From Flavobacteriaceae bacterium (GTDB taxonomy: Bacteria; Bacteroidota; Bacteroidia; Flavobacteriales; Flavobacteriaceae), in assembly GCA_965224465.1 (NCBI GenBank), contig OZ245049.1, positions 330,001-362,000 on the forward strand: a stretch of DNA of 32,000 nt, given 5' to 3'. Positions 1-8,243 of the stretch are shown here, one piece after another. How positions within the stretch are numbered: the stretch's first letter is position 1; the number at the start of each line of letters is the position of its first letter. A program made the position numbers and the translations under genes. Below the pieces are notes generated by a model. That model had not been told where the DNA came from, ran no database searches, and was given only the letters and a program-made list of their open reading frames with translations.

Positions 1-2
1 CT

Positions 3-134
3 TTACAATTAGGCTATGCTATGAAGATTCAATTTATAGAACTGGAAAAAATGCCTCAACGAACTGTTTTATCGGCTGTCTGGAATAGTGAAAACAGAAA
101 TCCAGTATTACAAAAAATGTTAAGATTGCTATAA
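3..134 (+). CDS. 3' end of a CDS truncated by the window edge; possibly the C-terminus of a LysR-type regulator (weak)
   Basis: Frame 3 is open from the window edge to TAA at 132-134 (LQLGYAMKIQFIELEKMPQRTVLSAVWNSENRNPVLQKMLRLL*). The tail resembles LysR effector-domain ends only loosely. Confidence 0.45.
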   Translation, partial: LQLGYAMKIQFIELEKMPQRTVLSAVWNSENRNPVLQKMLRLL

Positions 135-276
135 TACCGATTACAATTCAAAATGACCAATATAAATAGTTTATTTTACGTGCTGACGTTGTTAAAAAAT
201 AGAACGATAGACTCTCTATTCTATCTAAAACAAATAATAATTACATTTCTAAACCATCACTTGGAAATATAGTTGG
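135..276 (-). repeat. MITE-like intergenic repeat, copy A (reverse orientation, internal deletion)
   Basis: The reverse complement aligns end to end with copies at 15081..15237 and 16431..16587. Shared ends are ATTTCCAAGTGATGGTTTAG and TTTTGAATTGTAATCGGTA. Shared core is TTTTTTAACAACG.CAGCACGTAAA.TAAACTATTTATA. Confidence 0.8.
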
Positions 277-309
277 TATAATAGGATGTTTTAACCTACG
301 GTAAAACAA

Positions 310-343
310 AAAAGCTGACCGTATTTAATACAAGTCAGCTTTT
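310..343. terminator. Bidirectional intrinsic-terminator-like hairpin between convergent genes
   Basis: AAAAGCTGAC (310-319) pairs perfectly with GTCAGCTTTT (334-343). An inner GTATT/AATAC pair extends the stem. It is flanked by an A-run and a T-run, and lies 30 bp downstream of the helicase stop at 373. Confidence 0.7.
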
Positions 344-372
344 ATATTCTATTTAAGAACTATAAGATTCTC

Positions 373-1932
373 TTATTCCTCTGGTGGATATCCGAAAATT
401 TCTTCGAAATCTCTATCGAAATTATCTCGTAAATAAAAACGTAATTTTGTGCGATAATCTTCTCGCAACCAATCCACAAAATTATGAGTAGAACGACTGA
501 TACATTTGGTGTAACGTCCAATTCTAAAATCGATATCGTCTCCTAATTTTCGTGCTAAATCCATAGCGTCATATACATCTTCACTGTTTTCTATACAAAT
601 TTTAGCTTGTTGCTTGATGGAACGTTCTAGTACCACTTTAGAAGATTCTCCTTTTGAAATTGCAGCAGTATACACTTTTCTGATATCAAAAGATACATCT
701 TCTGATTTTGCAAACAATGCACGTAATTCTTTTGGCATTTCATAAGAAAAATGACTCTCAATTTCTTCATCATCTGCCAAACGCTCTAAGTAATAATTTG
801 GAGATCTAAATATTTTTTCCCAATCCAAATCTGCCCCCCAAGGACCAAAACGTTGGATATTATTCCCGAAATCAAGTATTTTAAAAATAGATTTATTCTT
901 TAAAATACGAGATCCACGTCCTATCATTTGATAATACAAAGACAAGGATTTGGTAGCTCTGTTTAATATAATTGTATTAATCGTAGGTTCGTCAAATCCC
1001 GTTGTTAATATACTCACAGAAGTCAATATAGCAGAAGGTGTGTTTTTGAACCAATCTAATATCCTTCTACGTTCTACTTTGGACGCAGTATTGTCTAGAT
1101 GTGCAATTTCGTATCCAGCTTCTTTAAATGTATTAAATACATGTATAGAAGTGTTAATACCATTGTTAAAGATCAATGTTTTCTTCCCTAAAGAATGTGT
1201 TTGATATGCTTGTACTAATTTGGAAAGCATGTCGTTATTAGTATATAAATCCTCCGATGATTTTACCGTATAATCACCATTAGACCCCACAACCAAAGAG
1301 GTTAGCCCTACATTGTAAGAATATGTTTCTGGCCTGGCTAAAAACTCGCTTTCTATCAGAGATTCTATGGTTTCTCCAACCAATAATTCTTGATAATTAT
1401 CGGTCATCGGTAATTTGACATTTGAACTTAAAGGTGTTGCTGTTACCCCTAAAATAAACGATTTGTCAAAAAATTTGAAAAGCTTTGTAAATGAATTATA
1501 ATGCGCTTCATCGATAATAACCAATCCGATATCCGAAATATCTAATTTCCCATCATTTAAACGGTTATTCAGTGTTTCAACCATGGCAACAAAACAACTG
1601 TATTTGTCTTGATCATCAAGGTTTGCTTTACTGTCAATAACTTTATTAACCACCCCAAATCCGTCTAGCATACCTGAAGTTTGCTTGCACAATTCAATAC
1701 GGTGAGTCATCACTAAAACACGTCTTTTATGATGTTTTAAATACTGACGAACAATTTCTGAAAAAATAACTGTTTTCCCTCCTCCTGTTGGAAGTTGGTA
1801 TAACAAATGATAATCATCCGGTGCATCTTCGAAACGTTTAAAAATTTCATTAATCGCACCTTTTTGATAGGCGTATAATTCCTTTCCTGTTTTTTTTTCA
1901 GTAGATTCTCCAGTTGGTACCTTCTCCGACAT
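373..1932 (-). CDS. Superfamily-2 DEAD/DEAH-box helicase (COG1061/SSL2-type, RadD-like) with an uncharacterised ~130-aa C-terminal domain
   Basis: 519-aa ORF. Walker A is LPTGGGKT, motif II is IIDEAH, motif III is VTATP and motif VI is QMIGRGSR. The C-terminal ~130 aa match no motif I recognise. Confidence 0.85.
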   Translation of the reverse strand: MSEKVPTGESTEKKTGKELYAYQKGAINEIFKRFEDAPDDYHLLYQLPTGGGKTVIFSEIVRQYLKHHKRRVLVMTHRIELCKQTSGMLDGFGVVNKVIDSKANLDDQDKYSCFVAMVETLNNRLNDGKLDISDIGLVIIDEAHYNSFTKLFKFFDKSFILGVTATPLSSNVKLPMTDNYQELLVGETIESLIESEFLARPETYSYNVGLTSLVVGSNGDYTVKSSEDLYTNNDMLSKLVQAYQTHSLGKKTLIFNNGINTSIHVFNTFKEAGYEIAHLDNTASKVERRRILDWFKNTPSAILTSVSILTTGFDEPTINTIILNRATKSLSLYYQMIGRGSRILKNKSIFKILDFGNNIQRFGPWGADLDWEKIFRSPNYYLERLADDEEIESHFSYEMPKELRALFAKSEDVSFDIRKVYTAAISKGESSKVVLERSIKQQAKICIENSEDVYDAMDLARKLGDDIDFRIGRYTKCISRSTHNFVDWLREDYRTKLRFYLRDNFDRDFEEIFGYPPEE

Positions 1933-2018
1933 AATTTGTTTTTATAAGTCTACAAAAATATAATATTAACGCTACAATAGTTGCAATTTTAATAAAATTA
2001 CAACTTTTTTTTACGTTT

Positions 2019-2059
2019 AAAACTATTTGATTCTTATAAATTGAAAATCAAATAGTTTT
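2019..2059. terminator. Perfect 14-bp inverted repeat; putative terminator of the DEAD-box/DUF1456 transcript or an operator in the helicase promoter region
   Basis: AAAACTATTTGATT (2019-2032) and AATCAAATAGTTTT (2046-2059) are perfect reverse complements with a 13-nt loop. It lies 56 bp downstream of the DUF1456 stop. The T-run follows on the plus strand only, so the terminator assignment is uncertain. Confidence 0.4.
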
Positions 2060-2114
2060 CTCTATTTTTTACTGTTATTTGTTAACTCATAGTAGGGTTA
2101 ACGATATGTGCATG

Positions 2115-2381
2115 CTACTTGTTTTGATTGTTCTCTTGAGGTTTCTCGCCTTTTTTAGGCATAGGACCTCTTAAATGAACGACCAATCCATTCAGAAAAT
2201 TACGAAGTATTTGATCTCCACATTCTACATATTTTGCATGACTTTCATTTCTAAAAAAAGCATTCAATTCGCTTTTAGAAACTTTAAAATCTACCAAACC
2301 ACAAATCTCAACAATATCTGTATCACGTAATTTGTGTGCAACTCTAAGTTTTTTGAAAATATCATTATTTGTCAATCCCAT
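2115..2381 (-). CDS. DUF1456 family protein (YehS-like)
   Basis: The ORF track gives 2115..2387 with a TTG start. The ATG two codons downstream gives MGLTNNDIFKKLRVAH..., the typical DUF1456 N-terminus. It is separated by a few nt from the upstream DEAD-box gene stop. Confidence 0.75.
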   Translation of the reverse strand: MGLTNNDIFKKLRVAHKLRDTDIVEICGLVDFKVSKSELNAFFRNESHAKYVECGDQILRNFLNGLVVHLRGPMPKKGEKPQENNQNK

Positions 2382-2388
2382 ACTCAAT

Positions 2389-3504
2389 TTATTTAATTTC
2401 TTTAAAATGGATACCTAATGCTGTTTGAATTTCTTTAATTCGCTCTGTTTCATTTGGAATAATAAAGGCGATAGAAACTCCAGTTTTCCCTGCCCTAGCA
2501 GTTCTACCACTACGATGTGTATAATACTCCATTTTTTCTGGTAACTGGTGATGCAATACAAAACCAAGATTTTGAACATCAATTCCTCTGGCAGAAACAT
2601 CGGTAGAAATCATTATCTGAATGGTCTGGTTTTTAAAAGCACGCATTACTTTGTCACGTTCTTTTTGCTGCATATCTCCTTCCAATGCACCTACGGAAAA
2701 ACCATCTTCAATCAATTGATTTGCCAATGTTTTAGTCCCTGCTTTGGTTCTACAAAAAATAATACCTCGTGTATCATCTGCTTCTTCTAAAAAGCGTACA
2801 ATAGCATTGTATTTATCTTTGATGGTAGTTTTTATATATCGGTGTGTAATGTTTTCGTTCACCGATCTATTTTTGGTGATTTCAATGCGCTCCGCATCTG
2901 AAGTCATATACTTTTTAATGATTGCTCTAATTTCTTCTGGCATTGTAGCAGAAAACAACCATGTTTTACTCGATTTACTACAGTATTTAAGTACGGTATT
3001 TATGTCTTGCTTAAACCCCATACTCAACATCTCATCTGCTTCATCCAATACTACAGTGCTCACCTGTCGTAAGTTGATATCTCCGCGTTCTATTAAATCA
3101 ATCAACCTTCCGGGAGTAGCGACTACAATGTGAGTTGTTCGTTTTAATTTCCCTATCTGTTTATCAATCTTTTCTCCACCATACACGGCTTCTATAAAAA
3201 TTTTATCTTCTGTATATTTCGTAAATCGGAACAAATGTTTTTTTATTTGTTGTACCAATTCTCTCGTAGGTGACAATACCAAGGTTTGTATCGCTGCAAG
3301 ATTTGGGTCTATTTTATGTAAAAGAGGCAAACCAAATGCCGCTGTTTTTCCAGTTCCTGTTTGAGCTAAACCAACAAAATCTGTGGTTTTTTTTAATAAT
3401 ATTGGAATGGTGAGTTCCTGAATTTCAGTAGGTGATTTTATGTTCAGCTCTTTTAAAGCTGCCATGTATTTTTTATCTACCCCTAATTCTAAAAATGTTG
3501 ACAT
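2389..3504 (-). CDS. DEAD-box ATP-dependent RNA helicase (RhlE/CsdA-like core, no long C-terminal extension)
   Basis: 371 aa. The Q-motif region is TFLELGV...PTEIQ. Motif I is AQTGTGKT, motif II is DEAD, motif III is SAT and motif VI is HRSGRTARAG. A TATCTTTG -7-type box (reverse complement of 3523-3530) lies just upstream. Confidence 0.92.
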   Translation of the reverse strand: MSTFLELGVDKKYMAALKELNIKSPTEIQELTIPILLKKTTDFVGLAQTGTGKTAAFGLPLLHKIDPNLAAIQTLVLSPTRELVQQIKKHLFRFTKYTEDKIFIEAVYGGEKIDKQIGKLKRTTHIVVATPGRLIDLIERGDINLRQVSTVVLDEADEMLSMGFKQDINTVLKYCSKSSKTWLFSATMPEEIRAIIKKYMTSDAERIEITKNRSVNENITHRYIKTTIKDKYNAIVRFLEEADDTRGIIFCRTKAGTKTLANQLIEDGFSVGALEGDMQQKERDKVMRAFKNQTIQIMISTDVSARGIDVQNLGFVLHHQLPEKMEYYTHRSGRTARAGKTGVSIAFIIPNETERIKEIQTALGIHFKEIK

Positions 3505-3728
3505 GTTGTAATTTTAATGCGGCAAAGATACATCTTTATCTATTGGAAATGGTCTTTTTTGAATCGTAGATTTTTTGTCTATCTCATATTTCATAGATAA
3601 AATCGAGATTTTACGTATCAGATCAGAGTAAATGTTCGCAATGAATCATTTCTATAATTAGATTCTTGTTTTTTTAAAGGAACAATTCTTATTTTAGCCA
3701 CTTCTTAGAAGATATTGAATAGCATACC

Positions 3729-4982
3729 ATGAAAAACAGTACAAAATCTTTATTAATCATTGGTTTGGTTTGGCCTGAACCTAACACCACAGCTGCAGGG
3801 CTAAGAATGTTGGAAATTATTTGTTTTTTCAAGAAACTAGACTACGCTATTACTTTTGCTTCAGCTGCTGGAAAAAGCGATAATTCAGTTGATTTAAAGA
3901 CCTTGAATGTAGCCGAAAAAGAAATTGCTTTAAATGCGGATTCTTTCAATGATTTTGTACTAGAATTAAAGCCTTCTGTCGTAGTATTCGATCGCTTTTT
4001 AATAGAAGAACAATATGGTTGGCGCATCTCCGAATACTGTCCCAATGCACTCCGTATTTTAGATACAGAGGATTTACATTTCCTTAGAAAGGCAAGGCAC
4101 AAAGCGTTTAAAAAAGGAATTGAATTAACGGATGAACTCCTGTTTAATGAGGATGCCAAACGAGAAATAGCTAGTATTTATCGTTGTGATTTAAGTTTAA
4201 TTATTTCATTAGCTGAAATGGAATTGTTAAAAAACACCTTTAAAATTGATGCAAATCTTTTGTTTTATTTGCCTTTTCTTACAGATAGGATTGCAGAGAA
4301 TAAGTTTGACCAATTTCTTAGTTTTGAACAACGCAGCGATTTTATGACTATTGGGAACTTTAGACATGCTCCAAATTGGCAATCTATTTTGTATTTAAAA
4401 CAGGAAATTTGGCCTTTAATTCGTGAAAAACTACCCAAAGCTATTCTTCATGTTTATGGCTCGTATGTGACACCGAAAGCAAGACAATTACACAATCCTA
4501 AAGAAGGTTTCTTAATTGAAGGTTTTGTTCCTGATTGTGAAACAGCATATGAAAACGCCAGAGTTTGTTTAGCGCCCTTACAATTTGGTGCAGGTCTAAA
4601 GGGAAAATTATTTGATGCCATGCGTATGGGAACTCCTTCTATAACAACAAAAATTGGAGCAGAAGGAATGCATGGAACACTGGATTGGAATGGTGCTATT
4701 GTAGACTGCCCCAAAGAATTTGCTGAAAAAGCAGTTGTATTCTATCAAGAACACCATTATTGGGAATTAGCGCAGAAAAACGGACTGCATATTTTAAATT
4801 CCTTGTTTCAGAAAAACGAATTTTACCCTCATTTTTCCATGGTTTTAGAAAATCTTTTCGATTGTAGAGAAAAACATCGTCTGCAAAACTTTATAGGCGC
4901 CATGCTACAACATCACACGATGAAAAGCACCAAGTATTTTTCGCAATGGATTGCAGAGAAAAATAGAATTGAAAAAACTTGA
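3729..4982 (+). CDS. Glycosyltransferase, GT-B fold, family 1/GT4-like
   Basis: 417 aa. The C-terminal half carries the Glycos_transf_1-type segment (GFV...ARVCLAPLQFGAGLKGKLFDAMRMGTPSITTKIGAEGM). The N-terminal half is not recognisable. Confidence 0.7.
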   Translation: MKNSTKSLLIIGLVWPEPNTTAAGLRMLEIICFFKKLDYAITFASAAGKSDNSVDLKTLNVAEKEIALNADSFNDFVLELKPSVVVFDRFLIEEQYGWRISEYCPNALRILDTEDLHFLRKARHKAFKKGIELTDELLFNEDAKREIASIYRCDLSLIISLAEMELLKNTFKIDANLLFYLPFLTDRIAENKFDQFLSFEQRSDFMTIGNFRHAPNWQSILYLKQEIWPLIREKLPKAILHVYGSYVTPKARQLHNPKEGFLIEGFVPDCETAYENARVCLAPLQFGAGLKGKLFDAMRMGTPSITTKIGAEGMHGTLDWNGAIVDCPKEFAEKAVVFYQEHHYWELAQKNGLHILNSLFQKNEFYPHFSMVLENLFDCREKHRLQNFIGAMLQHHTMKSTKYFSQWIAEKNRIEKT

Positions 4983-4994
4983 TACTGTCTTATA

Positions 4995-5068
4995 CCAACT
5001 ACATTTCTAAACAACGCCAGTACGGAAAACAACCTATTTATAGCTGTCATTGTGGGTTGTAATTGGTA
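4995..5068 (+). repeat. MITE-like repeat, copy D (internally deleted, ~74 bp)
   Basis: CCAACTACATTTC (left end) joins directly to TAAACAACGCCAGTACGGAAAACAACCTATTTATAGCTGTCATTGTGGGTTGTAATTGGTA (right half of the family). It lies 13 bp after the glycosyltransferase stop. Confidence 0.7.
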
Positions 5069-5198
5069 TTAGAGATAAGAGATTCAAAATACATAAACAG
5101 TTATAAAACGTAGCAAGCCCATTAGTGGACATTGGTATTTTGAACAAAAACAGGAATCCTGCAATTGCAAAATGTGTTTCTTTATTATTTTTAAGGTT

Positions 5199-6392
5199 CT
5201 ACCACGATTTGTGTGGGTACAAATCTAAACCTCCATTAAAAAATAGTATTGCACTTCTAAAATTAGCGAAAGTTCTGTAACCTTTACCGATAGATTTTAT
5301 TTCTTGTATTTTACCATTTAGTCTTTCTGCCATTGCATTAGAAGCAGTCTCAATCATTGCATTACACACCCCTTCTATATGGTTATTAAACATCTTAGCA
5401 ACCTTTATAATTTCTTTAATTTTTGTTTCCAAAACACTTGCTCCCCATTTGATAAAAAGACCTAAAGCAACTTTCAAAGATGGGCTTCTAAATATATTTT
5501 TAAAATTTTCTTTAGCTAACCATGCTTTACTTGCTTGATAATTTGCTTCTTGTATTTTGTCAAATAATACTCTTTGTTTATCCGTTAAGTTTTCTTTATT
5601 TTTAAGCAATACAAATCTACTATTTTTAAGACCTTCTTCTTTTTTCACTTCACGTCTGCGAACTTTATCTATAGCATCATTTAAGTACTTTACTAAGTGA
5701 AATCGATCATGGACAACTTTCGCATTTGGAAAAACTTCTTTTACTGATGATAAATAGGCTTTCCACATGTCAATAGAAACGGTCTCTACTTCATCTCTAT
5801 TTATCTCATTTACAATCTTTTTAAGTAAAATTTTAGTCTCTTTTTTAGTCCTGCCTTCTGCAACATCAATTACAATTCCTGTACTCGGATCACTAACTAC
5901 AGTCACATAGTTATGCCCCTTTTTGAAAGCTTTTTCATCTATACTTAGATGAGAAAATTTTTGGTTTTCTGACCTCTTAGAAAGCCCTCTTTTTACAGAA
6001 GTATGTATGATTCGGTTTACAATATTAAAGCCACAACGTAATAGTTTAGCCGTTTGACTTTGATTTTTTGTTGCTTTCAATAAGTCTATAGTTAGCCTTT
6101 CAAATAGATAAGTATGACGATAAAAATTACTAGCCCATGGTACCGTTATCGTTTTAACGCCTTTAGTTGACTTAACTCTTGGGACTTTACAATTAATGTA
6201 GGTTTTGAATTGTAAGGTGTCTAAATGACGCCATCTACGAGTGCTTCTATGATCATAAATACTACACAACTCTTCTGTGTCTGGACAAGATGCTTTAGTT
6301 GGTATATAGTCGATAAATATGTCTATTTCTGAATCTAGATAATTAACTTTTACATCACAAACCTTCCAATCTGTTCCTAAATTTAATAGTAA
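5199..6392 (-). pseudogene. ISL3-family transposase gene, interrupted after about codon 10 by the IS4-family insertion
   Basis: The 356-aa ORF (5199..6269) has typical ISL3 transposase sequence. The frame continues upstream to the insertion point (..LLNLGTDWKVCDVKVNYLDSEIDIFIDYIPTKASCPDTEELCSIYDHRSTRRWRHLD). The first 10 codons (ATG at 7995-7993, MFSTKLFELL) lie on the far side of the nested IS. Confidence 0.85.
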
Positions 6393-7964
6393 CTCAAGTT
6401 TCGCACTTAGATAGATTTACGCAACCTCTTGATAGTTAAGCTTGTGGGTATTCACTAGGAATCCAAAATCTTCAATATTCGCTATTATTTTACGTGTAAC
6501 CATTTCAACATCAATAGATTCAATCATCTTTTCCAAAATGTCAATCACCAAGCTGATAACTGCTAATATCCTGATGTTTAGCTTATTCTCTATATAATCT
6601 TGTTTTAAATCTTTAAACAAGCCTCCTATAGTTTCGTAGGCTTCCATTCTATATCGAATACTGGTGAGTAAATATTGAACCATTATAATGCTTATTTGTG
6701 CGATTTGAATATCGAAATTAGTAGACTGACATTTTCCAAGACCAAACAACTGCTTAGCTTCTTTAAAAAACACTTCTATGGACCATCTGATACTGTATAT
6801 TTCAATAGCCTTTACAAATTTCAGTGTTGTATCCGTTGATATTAACGTGTGCCATTTGCCATTCTTTCCACGTTTTGAAATAAATACAGCAACCTTAAGA
6901 CCATCAATTTCAGTTATGTAATGATGGTAGTAATAATTGAATTTACGGCATCGTTTTGGTTTTATTTTCTGTTTTTTGAGTTGTGACAACGTTTTTATCT
7001 TTGATCGAACTTCAATCTTACTGTTGTATTTATACATCCCAATAATATGAGTTGAACTACTAATGTTCCGTAGCTTTCTAAGTAATTTAACACTTGTAAA
7101 CCAGGTGTCTATTAAGATGTAATCTATGGGGATTTTACGTTTTACAAGCCTTGAGAACATTTGAACTAGCAGGTCTGTTTTCTTTTTATTGAGTTCCTGA
7201 TACCTCTTTGCTGCAATTGTTTTACTACATCTTGGAGTTTTCTTTTGAAGCCTACGTTGCTTCGCCGTTAGACCGTATTTTAATTTTGATGTTTTACTTT
7301 CACGATGCAAACTAAAGTCAACAGGGATAAATACACTTCCATTCCAATAACCAGCTACAAGTAGCTTAAAGCCTAGGTAATACGTTTTTGACACATGGTT
7401 GTATATTTTTGAAACACCTTCAATTGTCTTTCCTGTTTTAGAAAGATCAGTATCGTCAAAGATCAAGCACTTTGTAGCGTCTTGAGATGGAGTAAAGAAC
7501 TCTTCTTTTAATAGATATTGCTTCACAAACTGAGCTAGAAAAACCCTCCAATTTATCTTTTGATTTGCTAGGATTCGATAGTATGAATCTTTACCCGACT
7601 GACCTAATCCCTTGTCTTTACTACTTGTAAGTCCATGAATAGAATCAAATCCGATAATAGGTAAAATTAAAAGTGTAGAGATTAAATTACCGAATGAAAT
7701 CCCCGATTTCTTACACCAACTAAACTTGTTTTTAATTTTATTGAATCCTAAAATATTTAGATGTGCTTGTAGGTATTCTGAACTAAGCCAAATCTTATTA
7801 AATTTTCCTTTTATCTCCTGTGTTTTTGTGATATCTTCGTGTTCTAGCATGTTTTGTACTTTCTTGTTCGTACTTAAAAGTACAATAAAACCAGGGGATT
7901 ACCTTGGTTTTCATGCTATTTATTTTTACTTAAACACCTGTAAATGATGGGTGCGAAACTTGAG
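6393..7964 (-). mobile_element. IS4-family insertion sequence nested inside the ISL3 element
   Basis: Perfect 14-bp terminal inverted repeats are CTCAAGTTTCGCAC (6393-6406) and GTGCGAAACTTGAG (7951-7964). The flanking direct repeat is ATAGTAA (6386-6392 and 7965-7971). Total length is 1572 bp. Confidence 0.9.
6417..7850 (-). CDS. IS4-family DDE transposase
   Basis: 477 aa. Candidate catalytic segments are LIFDDTDL and ILIDTWFTS. The diagnostic Y-x2-R-x3-E-x6-K signature is present in YSIRWSIEVFFKEAK. Confidence 0.9.
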   Translation of the reverse strand: MLEHEDITKTQEIKGKFNKIWLSSEYLQAHLNILGFNKIKNKFSWCKKSGISFGNLISTLLILPIIGFDSIHGLTSSKDKGLGQSGKDSYYRILANQKINWRVFLAQFVKQYLLKEEFFTPSQDATKCLIFDDTDLSKTGKTIEGVSKIYNHVSKTYYLGFKLLVAGYWNGSVFIPVDFSLHRESKTSKLKYGLTAKQRRLQKKTPRCSKTIAAKRYQELNKKKTDLLVQMFSRLVKRKIPIDYILIDTWFTSVKLLRKLRNISSSTHIIGMYKYNSKIEVRSKIKTLSQLKKQKIKPKRCRKFNYYYHHYITEIDGLKVAVFISKRGKNGKWHTLISTDTTLKFVKAIEIYSIRWSIEVFFKEAKQLFGLGKCQSTNFDIQIAQISIIMVQYLLTSIRYRMEAYETIGGLFKDLKQDYIENKLNIRILAVISLVIDILEKMIESIDVEMVTRKIIANIEDFGFLVNTHKLNYQEVA

Positions 7965-8146
7965 ATAGTAACTCAAACAGTTTTGTTGAAAACATCTTTT
8001 TGAGGTAAAGATACTAATTCCACAACATTCGTGGTAGAACCATTTTTAAAAAGATAAGGTCGTAGTCCTCCTATTTAATCTCCATTATTATTGTTATTTC
8101 ATAAAAAAAACCTCCAAAAATCAATGATTAATGGAGGGCATGCATT

Positions 8147-8243
8147 TTAATCCGCCCTGTGGGCATAATTCCCCGATGCTTGCATCGAAATGATTAAGGT
8201 TTTTTCTTTTTTATGCCTCGTGGGATTGCCCGAGGTTATTGAT
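8147..8243 (-). repeat. ~100-bp multi-hairpin intergenic repeat, copy G1
   Basis: The reverse complement aligns at roughly 80-85 percent identity with 18535..18631. It contains the palindrome CGATGCTTGCATCG (8174-8187) and CCTCG...CGAGG. It ends in GAGGTTATTGATTTAG, whose TTA is the buk stop codon. Confidence 0.8.

Larger units (their letters stand above)
5195..8041 (-). mobile_element. ISL3-family insertion sequence, disrupted by a nested IS
   Basis: Terminal inverted repeats are GGTTCTACCACG (5195-5206) and CGTGGTAGAACC (8030-8041), plus a further partial match. A perfect 8-bp direct repeat ATTTTTAA flanks both ends (5187-5194 and 8042-8049). Length is about 1268 bp once the nested element and its duplication are removed. 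Confidence 0.9.

Noticed and set aside
950-1204. 84-aa plus-strand ORF inside the helicase gene. Similar antisense ORFs lie at 2415..2600, 2548..2790, 2744..3133, 3842..4159, 4454..4714, 7726..7947, 9052..9327, 9390..9920, 10539..10733, 10636..10836, 10906..11127, 11902..12096, 13216..13467, 13836..14078, 17103..17300, 20201..20452, 21597..21815, 22395..22601, 22966..23226, 24271..24660, 24906..25121, 25787..26053, 26804..27088, 30657..30884, 30734..31330 and 31164..31655.
   Set aside because: Each lies inside or antisense to a longer ORF with clear family motifs. Their translations are low-complexity and Ser/Ile/Phe/Leu-rich, as expected for shadow frames in AT-rich DNA.
373-3504. Two helicases plus DUF1456 as a possible defense or restriction-like system
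   Set aside because: There is no nuclease, methyltransferase, specificity subunit or other effector. The DEAD-box protein is a standard RNA helicase and the flanks are housekeeping genes. It is treated as ordinary genes with one unassigned domain.
6386-6397. 12-bp direct repeat ATAGTAACTCAA (also at 7965..7976) as the target duplication of the nested IS
   Set aside because: Its last 5 nt (CTCAA) at the left copy are also the first bases of the 14-bp terminal inverted repeat. The most parsimonious reading is a 7-bp duplication (ATAGTAA) plus chance identity of the next 5 nt, although a 9-bp duplication cannot be fully excluded.
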